64,000 nt of DNA from Raillietiella orientalis (Eukaryota). The stretch is taken from NCBI GenBank assembly GCA_036172245.1, contig JAYWIR010000078.1:62001-126000 (forward strand). Reading direction: 5' to 3'. The position numbers were made by a program, and so were the translations under genes. Under the pieces are notes generated by a model, which was given only the letters and a program-made list of their open reading frames with translations, was not told the origin of the DNA and searched no databases. This document shows positions 11,082 to 21,449 of this stretch, in pieces; position 1 is the stretch's first letter, and each line of letters begins with the position of its first letter.

Positions 11082-13417
11082 ACCATGGAGACCAACCTGT
11101 TCCTCGCCAGCAGCTGGTGGCAGCTGCAACAACGCGAGGCTCAGCTAGGTCGTGAGAGTCCTGGACTCTCCACAGATCGGGGGGAGGGAAGCCTAAGGGG
11201 AGAAGCGGCGCCCGGAGCCCTTGAGGTCGCAGTCGATCTGCGTAAAGCTTTCGACTGCGTCGACCAGGAACTCCTCCTGGAGCTCCTGGAACGCATGGGA
11301 TTTCCTGCCGTCTTCCTGGTCTACCTGCGCTCCTGCTGGCGCTTCGCGTTCATCAATATTAATTTCAGCGGACGGCACGTGTACGGCGTTCCGGTTCGTC
11401 GCGGTATCCGGCAGGGTGACAGCCTCAGCCCCCTGCTCTTCAGCATCTACTTTGAGTTGGTGCTGAGAGCATACAGGGAGACTTTGGCAACCCTGCCGAG
11501 CTCGTGTCCCGGCACGCCTGCCGTGTCGACCTATGCCAACGACCTTCTGCTCCTGCTTCCCGGGTCCACCCCGGCATCGGCGCTCGAGGATTTCTTCGAG
11601 TTGCTGCGCCGTGGAACTGGTCTCGACGTAAACAGGGCGAAGTCGTCCATAATTCAATCGGACACGTCGCGGGCAGGACGGTCGGACTGGAACCGCTTGG
11701 GGATCCCCACGGGCGGATACATCAAGTACCTTGGCGTTCCGTTGGGGGACTTCTGCGCTGCAGAAGCCTGGTTCGACCGTCTCCAAAAGGTGGAGTTGGA
11801 GATCGGCCCGTTCCGGGACGGCAAGTTTTACTTGCAGGAAACGGGCCGCGGTATGGAACGCCTTTGCGGCCCCCTTCCTTCGCCCCCTACTTTTTGTGTG
11901 TCCCGCCCCTCCCCAAATTAGGACACGGTCAAGGGACCTCATACGGAAAGCCCTCTGGGGCAACCGGAGGCCCCGCGCCCGCCTTAAAGACTTGTGCGCT
12001 CCACGCAGGGACGGTGGACTTGGTCTCCTGACGTTGGAGCGCATGGAGCGACAGCTCCAATTTAGAAAACTTGCCCTTGTGGCAAAGTATTGGACAGCAC
12101 TCTGGTGTGCGCCGGCAAGACTCCACGCTCACAGGGCGACCGGCTGTTTCGGATTGACCACAATCCTAGTAGCCAACGACCGTAGCCTAAACCATTGTGG
12201 GTTTCAGCTACGGGACTTGGTTGCCCTGTTGAGAGACAAACCGTGGATCTCCTGCATCCCTGCGGACTGGACTACCTAGCTACAGGAGTCCGTTTCCGCG
12301 TGGGCCTAAATCAACGGCTCCAGCGATGAGGACTTCTCCTGCCTCCGTAGAGGCAGGTAGGCTAATCAGCCACTGCAGGAGATCGTTTGCAACCCACGGA
12401 AACTTCTGTGGGCTTCCTTCACCCTCCTTGCCATCGTGCTGCCCTCCCTCAGGAAAGTTAGGGACAGCCAACATGAGGCATCGTGGGAAGTGTCCTGCCT
12501 CATCGGAGGCGGGAAAAAACTGTTGAAGGCGTGGACATCCCGGGAACTAGCGGACGCTAGTACCCCCTCTGTCCCGCCGAATGGACTTGTACGCTGGGGC
12601 GCGCTGCTCGACGTATCTCTGGAGGAGGTAAAGTGACCCCCAGCGTCTTGGGACAACGGCACCCTTCCCCTGCAGTAGCAGGAGACGGCGTTGCTTCTGC
12701 TCCATTGGGGACTTTTAAGCAGAGCACGCCTGTCTTACTGGACATCGGGGAGTGTGGATGCCAATTGCGTCAAGTGCGGGGAAAGGGAGTCCTTCCCCCA
12801 CTTAGTCATCGATTGTGTTGCTCTCCGCGAGATGTGGGACCGACTCTCGTCGATCCTGAACATTCCGGTGGGCGACCCCAGGAACATCTCTAGACGCCTC
12901 CTGATGCGGGACGCCTTGCCAGCCTCCGGGTGTAGCAGTGCTCTGTTGCATACGCGGAATCCTGGACAAGTGGACCGCGTCAAGGAGAGGCCGGACCAGT
13001 CGGAATGCCATTCACTGGGCAGCCATCTCCTTGGAGAAGGCCTGCCGTTGGCGCCGACTCAAGAAACATTTGCCGGCACTTGTTCGCATCCGCAACCGGA
13101 TGCAGAGGCCTCCTCACGGTGTACCGTGATCCCCTCCCTTCCCCTCCCCCCGCCCAAAGAACATTGCCTCCCCAGGCGGTTTCCTTTTTTTGGTTTTATT
13201 TTTGTTTTTCCCGCCCCTGCGCCAGTGTGGAGGACCTTATCGGCCTGCGGGTCGGTAAGGACAAGTGCCACAACATAGTCGGATCATGTGTTCCGACGCA
13301 AAACAAATCAACGGAAAAAAAAGAAAAACTTTACTTGACAAGCAAGCAAGACTTTATTATGAAATTTTTATTGTAAAAATTTTAATAATAAAAGCCCCGG
13401 CTCACCCGGGTGAAAAA
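11082..13417 (+). mobile_element. 5'-truncated family-A L1/Tx1 LINE inserted antisense into family-B ORF2
   Basis: VDLRKAFDCVD, RRGIRQGDSLSPLLF, YANDL (YADD decayed), VNRAKS, KYLGV, GGLGL and CVKCGERESFPHLVIDC. The 3' UTR ends aataaaagccccggctcacccgggtgaaaaa at 13417. Confidence 0.9.
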
Positions 13418-14796
13418 CCTCTTCTTCAGAGAAATCCTCCTCCAGTCTCCTCCGTTGGAGGTCGTCTATCTTCTTCTCAAGATGGCTCAAGAAGGTCTTC
13501 TGCATCGCCTGACACAGATGTTGTCGCCGGAAGTGTCCCGTGTATTGCCTTTCGAAGGCGTCCACGATGTCCTCCGACGTGTGTCGGCTATGGTCGCCGT
13601 CCTGAATACTGAAGATATCTGAAGCCAGATTCTTCTTCTCCAGCACGCCGACTTCCTCTTTTACGCTATGGAAGACGTCCCGACTCTCGTACTGATCGAA
13701 GTACTTTGAGAGGGAGCGATCTTGGATGTTCAACTCCCGGTACGCCTCCTGCCTCAGTCTCTTATCGCCAAATTGCATTTCTGCAAACAAATGTATCCTG
13801 TGCTTCAGGCTGTCCCAGTCGGCGACTCTTCTGATCGTAGTGGTCTTCAGAATCGCCTCCAGGACCTCCTGATGACAGGGATGGGTTTCGAACCAGGCGG
13901 GCATGCTGATGAGTGCCTCCCTGGTGCCTTGCCTTCGCCTAGGATTTTCCGTCCTCAGGGAAAACAGCACCAACGGGTGATCCGACAGCGCAGTGAGCGT
14001 GTCGCGAAAACCTTGGATGCGGTTCCCTAGTTCGGTACTGTGAAGGATGTGGTCGATCGGCTTGTGGCTAGCTGTTCGCCACAGCAGCCCGAACTCGTCG
14101 GACAACCGCCAATTCGCCGTCCTTCCCCTGGAGTCCTGGGAATGGGTGATCACATCCAGGATGTTGAGATCGCCAGCGACGATCGCGACGTCCTTGGGCG
14201 CGACCTTTTGCCGGAGAGCTGCATGCAGCGCCTCCGCACACCGATGTTTCAGTCTGGGTGGCCCGTACACGCTCACCAGGAAGAGGTGAACGGTAGCGGA
14301 CCACGCCAGTCGCACGCCGATGATGCGTCCCGGCAAGGGACAGAGGACTTCCAGAATGGTGGAGGCCAGGTGGTTCTTGATCAAGACCGCCACACCTTCC
14401 GTGTTCCGCCGTCCCTCGCTGACGAACATCTGGCTATCGAGGCGTCGTTCCATCTGTTGGCTGATCTGGTGACCCAGCCTGTGGGTCTCCGGCAGGATGT
14501 CTTGATGTTTTCACCCGGATAAGCCGGGGCTTTTATTATTTTAAAAAATCAGAATTACAATTATTAATTGCAGTCGATTGATTATCATTGCTTTTGTGTT
14601 TCTGTCGGAACACTTTTCCGTATTGTTTTGCACTTGTTTACCGACTTGAGTGCCGGTAAGGCCTACTCCACTCGCGAAGGATGTCTTGATGTGCGATGAT
14701 CCGCACGATCCTTTTTCTTTTCTCCTGGTCGATCAATCCATTTACATTCCAGAAGGCGATGTTGATCCTCCTGGAGGTCGATAGAGACGAGGTCAT
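13418..14796 (-). pseudogene. Family-B ORF2 apurinic-like endonuclease (APE) domain, split by a 169-bp insertion
   Basis: ATG 14796 gives MTSSLSTSRRINIAFWNVNGL...HQDIL, then after the insertion PETH, GVAVL, VSVYGP, AGDLN, IDHI and SDH. Confidence 0.9.
14509..14677 (-). mobile_element. 169-bp family-A 3'-end-only retroinsertion with 15-bp TSD
   Basis: Direct repeat aggatgtcttgatgt at 14494-14508 and 14678-14692. The insert is homologous to the 3' UTR at 13215-13417 and ends AATAAAAG-CCCCGGCTTATCCGGG-TGAAAA. Confidence 0.9.
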
Positions 14797-14808
14797 AAAG
14801 GGGAAGAC

Positions 14809-16395
14809 CTACTTCTTGGCCTTCCTGAATTTCTTCTGTCTGGGAGGTTGTTGTGATCTCCCAGACGAAGAAGAAGCAGTGGGCTTCTCGCTGCCAGCGT
14901 CACTCTCCTTTTCGGTGAGGTCGGTAACATTGGCCTCCTCGGTGGAGTGCTCGGCTTGTGTGACGAGTTTACGTGAAAGTACTTCCAACACCACCCTAGC
15001 GCAGAAGTTTGCCTTTACGTCGAGAAGCTTGTCCTCCAGCTTCTCGCGCTCGGCAGTTTCCACCACCTGGTTGATGGTTTCTTGCGCATTGCAGATCTTC
15101 TGCAGGAGTTGTTCCTGCTGAGCTCCGCTCTGCGCCTCCGCCACTGCTTCTGCCAGTTGTTCCACCACTTCCGTGGTCTGCAGGACCTCCTGCGACACTG
15201 GGGTGTGCTCTGGCGTTTTCGCCACCTCGCCTTCCTCCCGACTTCCATCCTCTCGGCCTCCTCTGCCACTACTTCCGGGATAAGAGGAGTTTCCTGTTCC
15301 TTGACGAGCATCTTCCTCTTCCCCTTCTTTCCTACTTCTACAAAGCCGTCCGCCGAAACCGGAGCGGCCTCCTTCGCCTTCCTCTGTTTTTCAGTCACCT
15401 TTCTAGGCTGTTCCGCCTCCTTGAGGGTTCTTTCCTTCATGGGGGAAAGCCCTTGCATCTTACGGCAGTTGGCGTATTCGGGACAGCTCCACTTAGCATA
15501 TCCCGGTTTTTTGCAAAAGGAACAGACTCCCGGCTGCTGGCAATTGCGGACTTGGTGTCCCTGTTTGCCGCAGCGGAAACAACGTGATCTTGGGCAAGCA
15601 TTGACCCTGTGGCAAAACTGCTTGCATCCGGTGCAGAATACCGGTTGCTGCCGGTAGCGCATGCTCACCTCTTGGGAATCGCCATCAATGTGTGCGATCC
15701 CGGGAATCACCGTATCTTCGAAAAGCGTCACCTTAGCGATCACGTTACCAGAAAAGATCTTCCTGGAGAAGTTCTGGAACTCAAGTTCCAGTACTTCCCC
15801 ATACCTTGCAAGAAAATCCCACACCGTTATTTGGGTGGTATATATGGATACTCCACTTAGGAAGACGGTCGTGTATGGCATCTCGCCGATGCCACGGACC
15901 ATTCTTCCCTGGATGTTGATCCCCGTTTGGATCAACGCTTCCCTAATGTGTTCGCAGTCTGTGTAGACTGTGAAACCCGATGTACTAGGGATGATCGCCT
16001 GGATGCGATCAAAGTATACATTCGCCTTGTACAGAGACAAGTAGACCTCTCTGATGTTATGGAACCGGATTAAGTCGGTCTTGAAGGTGATGGGCTTCAC
16101 GTTCGGACCCACCCGAACGATCGGCTCGTCCACCCTGGCCAGCTTCCCACATTCCGGTTTCCCGGAGCTTCTCTGGGGCTGGGCACTAGCCTGGCCCGCC
16201 GCCACCGCCGCGTACGAAGATGGCCGCACCGCCGCAGCCGAGCAAGATGGCGTCGCGTCCTGCGTGGACGCCCGCGGGTCCCGCCTGGGACGCCGCCGCC
16301 GCGGGCGCGATCCTTGGAGTCGCCGCCGCCTCGCCAATGCCGTACTGTACCTCCATTGGGGACGTCGGCCTCTCCACTGCTCCCGATGCCTGCAT
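14809..16395 (-). pseudogene. Family-B ORF1 (Tx1-type gag-like, CCHC zinc knuckles), probably two frameshifts
   Basis: SYAAVA motif, RRM-like TTVFLSGV...LARYGEV, and three knuckles CTGCKQFCHRVNAC, CFRCGKQGHQVRNC, CSFCKKPGYAKWSC. The stop at 14809 lies 12 nt before the ORF2 ATG. Confidence 0.85.
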
Positions 16396-16872
16396 CCTCG
16401 CGGCTGACACTGCCGCTGGGGAAGTTAACAGGGCTTCCACCGTGGACTCCTCGGTGCTGCTACTGCAGGTGGTGAAGGTGGTCCTCGGCTGCACTGTCAC
16501 TGTCACACTATTTTTCCTTGACTCTTCCCCGCTCAGGGCACGCAAAAATTGCCGCGGCAGTGGTTTTACGCACTGCCTTGGCGGGGTATTGGGTAAAGTT
16601 TTCAACTAGTAATAATCGCGCCTCCCCGTAGATCAGCCGCGGCGATACTGCCCGTGCGCGAGCCTGACTGACAGTCCTCGTCTCAGCAGCAGAGGAGCAA
16701 TCTGCCGATCTGCCGACTGCAATCTGGTGGCGACGGCAACACCGCCCACCAACCAACACGTGAGGCGGCACAGCAAACGCAGCAATTGACTGCACTATGC
16801 CTTAAGTCAGAGACATCTCTCTGAGACCCGGTGTGTCCATTCTGCTACTAGATAGCCTACTTATGTGGCCAT

Positions 16873-17420
16873 CTATCTGCCTAAAACTTTCCCCAACGCG
16901 CCGAGCAGGAACCATCGTTCCTGTTCGGAGCGTTGCATGCTGCTCTGTGCCCATGTGCAAACGGTTTCCTGCAACCAGTCACGAAGGCCGTTCGCGGGGA
17001 GACAGGTAATCCATCCATGATTCTTCCATGTCATGGTAGCCACCCTCCGTAGATGGAATCCGCAGCGGTTGATGCGGCGGCGATGGAGTGCGAGAAAAAA
17101 AGTGAGTCCCGTCTTACCGGTGACTTCCATGACGAGGAGACATGCAGGGACGCACCAAGAGTTGCATCACAATTCCGGCACAAGGGCCGCCATACGGAAC
17201 TGGAGCTGAAGCTTCAGCCGCTCCGGCGTCAGGAGCTGAGACCGCCGCCCCGACGCGGAGCTCACAAGTCCTTCAAGCGGTTTCAGACCCTCCTGTCGCC
17301 TCAAAGGGCGATATGGAGGAGATCCTTCGACCTCTTCTTAATTCCCTCTGTGGGGGAGGGGCAAACAAAAAGCAAGGGGCGGTCAATTCCTGTTTTTTTT
17401 CCAACGTGCTATTGCAAGCG
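16873..17420 (-). mobile_element. Family-A LINE ORF2 post-RT fragment
   Basis: LHRRRINRCGFHLRRVATMTWKNHGWITCLPANG matches NDRSLNHCGFQLRDLVALLRDKPWISCIPADW of ORF 11731-12279. Confidence 0.75.
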
Positions 17421-19803
17421 TTGTGGCGCGACGGGCAGTAGGTCCTGTGCTCTTCGCGAGATCTCAGTCCCTTCTAGGTTCCTGGTTTTTTGACTGCTCG
17501 CGCGAAGATTTGCAAGTGAATTGCATAGTTTACTCTTTCCATGCTCTTGGAGGAGATAGCAATCCTTGTTTATTATTATAGACATCTACACTGTTCTGGG
17601 TTGTTCACTCTGTCAACAGATTGCTGGTTCTATCTACAAGCCTGCTCCAATCTTCTGCACCCAATCTTCTTTATTTTTCCGTATTGGCATTCCTTGCAGT
17701 CCACTCTTCACGCGCACACCACATTCCTTCAAGAGACAATGCTTTTCTTCTCAGCACATCCGATGGTCGTTCGCTACCCTCATCACCTGCCAAGCCCTAC
17801 TTTCACCTCCTATCTCGAAGAAAAGCATCCACTTGTGAATCGCCCATGTGATTTTCCTCTCTCAAAGGGAAAACTAGGAGACGCGGAGCGTTGAAGCCGT
17901 CATGATCCAGAGTGCATCCGACCATCTTCACCTCCTCTACTCACAGAATGTTGATTTCCGTTGTTCGATTATCCATCAGCTGCTGGCGGAAACTCACACT
18001 TGAGATCCGTGGGATGGAAAGATCGAGCGTTCGAATGAGGATGCTGTGCAAACAGGCGGTGCACAGAGGGGAATACATAAGATACGAGCGTATTGGTTTC
18101 CAGTCGGGCTCAGTCTGGGGTCAATTCCAAATGATTTATTCTTATGGGAATCCTATGTGGTAAGGATCCCGTTGCAAACACACGTTTTCCTGTGAGGCTC
18201 ACGTTGACGTCATCACCGAGCATAAGTTGGGAATGACTCCTTGCTGCTTGTTGCTTTCGGTTTTTGGAAAACAGGCTGCGATGCGGGTTGTTCAGGTAGA
18301 TGATGGACATTCTCAATGGATGGTGATGTTGATAATGTATTTATGCTGTCACAGCACGTTTTTAACTGTCTTGCGTGGTCTCGAAGTTTGCTGAAGCATC
18401 TCGAATCGAGCTGTTCTCGGCAAGCTATCGTGGTACCCATTCATGCTTGTGAATGGAAAAGCTGACAGCAGTAAGCACTGTGATTGTCAGGGTTTTTTGA
18501 ATAGGGGTCGGTTTAAAATAAGCAGTCAACAAGAAAAGGTGTTTCGTTCAGATCTCGGATTGTGGATACAGCATTCCTCATTTCGTAGCAGTGTTACCAC
18601 TTGTGTTCTCCATGTTCGTCACTTACATGCTTGAACCACGATATCACAGCAGTGCTGTAGTCAAGAGAGAAACATTCACCAGAAACTGATGTGAAGAATT
18701 TCATTAACCAGACAGCAGACAACTCGAGTATTTAACTACCTTTATGAACTTATAATTAGCATCTGCAGTCCTTTGTGTAAACTGAGAACGGAACTTTATT
18801 TCCATTGTGAATTCAGCCCAGCTATACAAAGATTGCCTTTGGGTATTCTCAAATTTGGTGACCTTTCCTCAACGCAAAGTGAAGAAACCGAGAATCGTAT
18901 CAGGGATTCTGGAGAGGCATTCGTTTGCCCTGCGTCCATTTAACAAGTGGGAAGCTCCTCAAATAAACTTTGACAACTGAAGTGCACGCAAATAATCATA
19001 GATATCTGCTGCACGAATTCGGGAGTTTGATAATTCATTGCATAAGCAGATGCTGTGTTATCCGAAGCCAGGACCAGGAAATGGTAAGAGTAAGTGTATA
19101 CTGCTGATGCAAATGCAAACCTCATTTCGAAAGGAAACACTTCGAGTGCTGAAATTTTGTTGGTTTGGATGCAGACTTTGAGTTTGCTTGTCGCCAAATG
19201 ACAACCTATAGTGGAAGTGTCTTGCAAAATAATGTATCCTACTGGAGCCGTTCCTTATGCAATTTGTGAGTCAGTTGCAAACAATAAGCATATTCGTGTA
19301 GACATATCCCGTTGTACAGGTGCTCTTCTTGTACATGGAAATTGCATGAAGGTTACGCACTCTTAGGGAAACGAGTGCGGATGTTCGATTTGGGTTGAAT
19401 ACTTAAAATTTAGAATTCATTCGTTCAACTCTTGCCATATTTTGTTGGTTTCGTAATGTATAGATGGATGCTTGCAAAATGTATGAATTTATCAAAAAGG
19501 CATGATGCTTTTCTAATTGGTTACTTCCTGTGATCGGACCACTTTGATCTTACTTTGAAGATTGTATTTAGCTCTCCATAGGCCATGCCATAAACTTATG
19601 TACATCACCACAACATAAAAGTATGCTTGAAATAAGTCCAGATTAGAATTTCAATAGATAAACATGTATATTTTTTTTTTTTTTTACAAACACACCTAAT
19701 CCTAATGTTTAGGAAAAAAAATACCTATTTATATAATCTGCAATCAAAACGATGGGAGGAGTTTAAGGTAGGTATGATTTAAACCTACAAAAGTCTGAAA
19801 GAA

Positions 19804-21182
19804 TCATTCTAACTCTGTTTCACATGCATTAACAAAAATGTAGCTGGGAAGTTCTGAACCATAGAGCGAAATAGTATAACAGGTTTGCTCTACTTTTTCT
19901 AGATTTTTCTTTAGGATAGAGAGCTTTTTATACAATTCTCTTGATGAATAAGGCATGACTAACTGGTAACCATTATAAATGCATTGTAAAAACTCGGAAA
20001 TTGCATAGCATTCCTTTAGATTACCAATGCTTGCTGAACTAATACTTTTCTTCATTAGTTCTCCAGTGAAATCTGCTATACCAGCTAAATAGTCAGCAAA
20101 TGGTACGACAACATGAAAGGAACCTTCATCAGAAGAAAATTCTAATGTTTTTTCTATATAATCCAGGCTGACTAGGTCAGTATTTTCCAAGTAGTAACAA
20201 AAGGCCACTGCTTCAATATATTCCTGCAGACCTAAGTTGAGAGAAAGATTAAATATGAGAACCTGTGACTAATCAAATTTGCATGTAATGCATTTTGTAA
20301 ACTGTGACTGAGAGATCACAGAAATTAAGGAACTGGCTAATACTATACATCACAAAAAGCACTCCATATTCCATGTGCACAAAGAAGCATTAAGAAGTCA
20401 AACCTTAAAACTTTTCCAAAAGATTATTAGCTCAAGAAATTATATTACAATACTTTCAATACCCCTATTTTCAGACATGGGTCATATACAAATGAGGGAA
20501 ACCTCTTATTTAAGAAAATTATTAATTCATTATCAAATTTAAGAAACCAAAAAGAATTTGACAGATTTGGTTTCATAAACGTGAGTTCAAGTCCTATCCA
20601 TACACTTCCATTAGTTCCAAAATGTAATTCCAGTATTTACATCAAATGCTATAGAAAGCAAAAAAGATTTTCTTAAATTAGACACACTTCATTAAGGCAA
20701 GAAAATCACAACCTTTTCGAGAACAGCATAAAAACGACACAGTTCTGGGTTCGTTTAATTCAAGTACATATAAACTCATTCTTAAAACCCGTGCAATCAA
20801 ATGAAAAGCCAAATACCATTTGTGTAAGCTTTCAAAAATTTATGATGATCCTCCGCTTTAAGTTCTTGGGCAATGATTCTCCAGTCCAGTTGTTGTAAGT
20901 TTTTTAATCGCAGTTTTACATCTTCAATAGAATCGTTTGATGACTGTGAATTCCTGAAATTGAAATTATTACGAACATCAGAACATGTGAATGCATCATT
21001 CACGTTTCCTTATAATTTTACATAAGCACTCTTGAAAATTGTTCCACTCACTGAGAAAGACGCTGTAACTGGTATATAATTCTTTTGCTTTCGATGTTGA
21101 TATTTCTTGCAATTTTGAAAATTTTCTCATGTTTGTTGTTTTTATTATCTAACTGATGGCTAAGATGGGCAAACGACAACAT
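19804..21182 (-). CDS. TSNAX: Translin-associated factor X (TRAX), 3 exons: 21182-21052, 20953-20817, 20231-19804
   Basis: LDNKNNKHEKIFKIARNINIESKRII, GLQEYIEAVAF, YLAGIADFTGELM and LEKVEQTCY..GSE. GT-AG introns keep the frame. Confidence 0.9.
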
Positions 21183-21449
21183 TTCGAGACGTTTAAGCAC
21201 ATATTAATTCTTACATCGAATAAGACATATGTAAACACAGTTTTATTGTATATAGAGTTCCCAAATTAGAGTTCCCAAGGTAAAATAGGATGAGGGAATT
21301 CTTAAAATTAGGCTATAGATTCGATTTCTATAGCATAGAACCGATTGCTAAAGAGTCAACTTCTCTTCTAATCTCATGGTCATCTTAGTTGACCATCTTA
21401 GTTGACCATCCTCAATTGCTACGGTTTCATTTCTGATTATGTTTCCGGT

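Larger units (their letters stand above)
8940..16870 (-). mobile_element. Near full-length L1/Tx1-clade non-LTR retrotransposon (family B), interrupted by two insertions
   Basis: In order on the minus strand: 5' UTR, ORF1 with CCHC knuckles, ORF2 APE (14796-13418), RT and C-terminal finger (11081-9047), short 3' UTR. Ends approximate; no TSD found. Confidence 0.85.

Noticed and set aside
11193..12044. 283-aa ORF and other long ORFs antisense to the LINEs
   Set aside because: Shadow frames of GC-rich RT/APE/ORF1 coding sequence, with no motifs.
13383..14540. ~35-bp inverted repeats flanking the APE ORF, resembling a TIR element carrying an endonuclease
   Set aside because: They are the 3' ends of two independent family-A insertions in opposite orientation. 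One has its own TSD, and the APE frame continues beyond it.
14509..16870. Native ORF1-only (HAL1-like) element
   Set aside because: The ORF2 start (IAFWNVNGL) follows ORF1 directly; the apparent 3' UTR is a later insertion.
16600..16870. HDV-like or hammerhead ribozyme at the 5' end of element B
   Set aside because: Only generic hairpins; no CUGANGA/GAAA core or HDV nested pseudoknot found by eye.
4200..17420. snRNA, tRNA or rRNA target sequences at the Tx1 junctions
   Set aside because: No recognisable U2, 5S or tRNA sequence at any junction.
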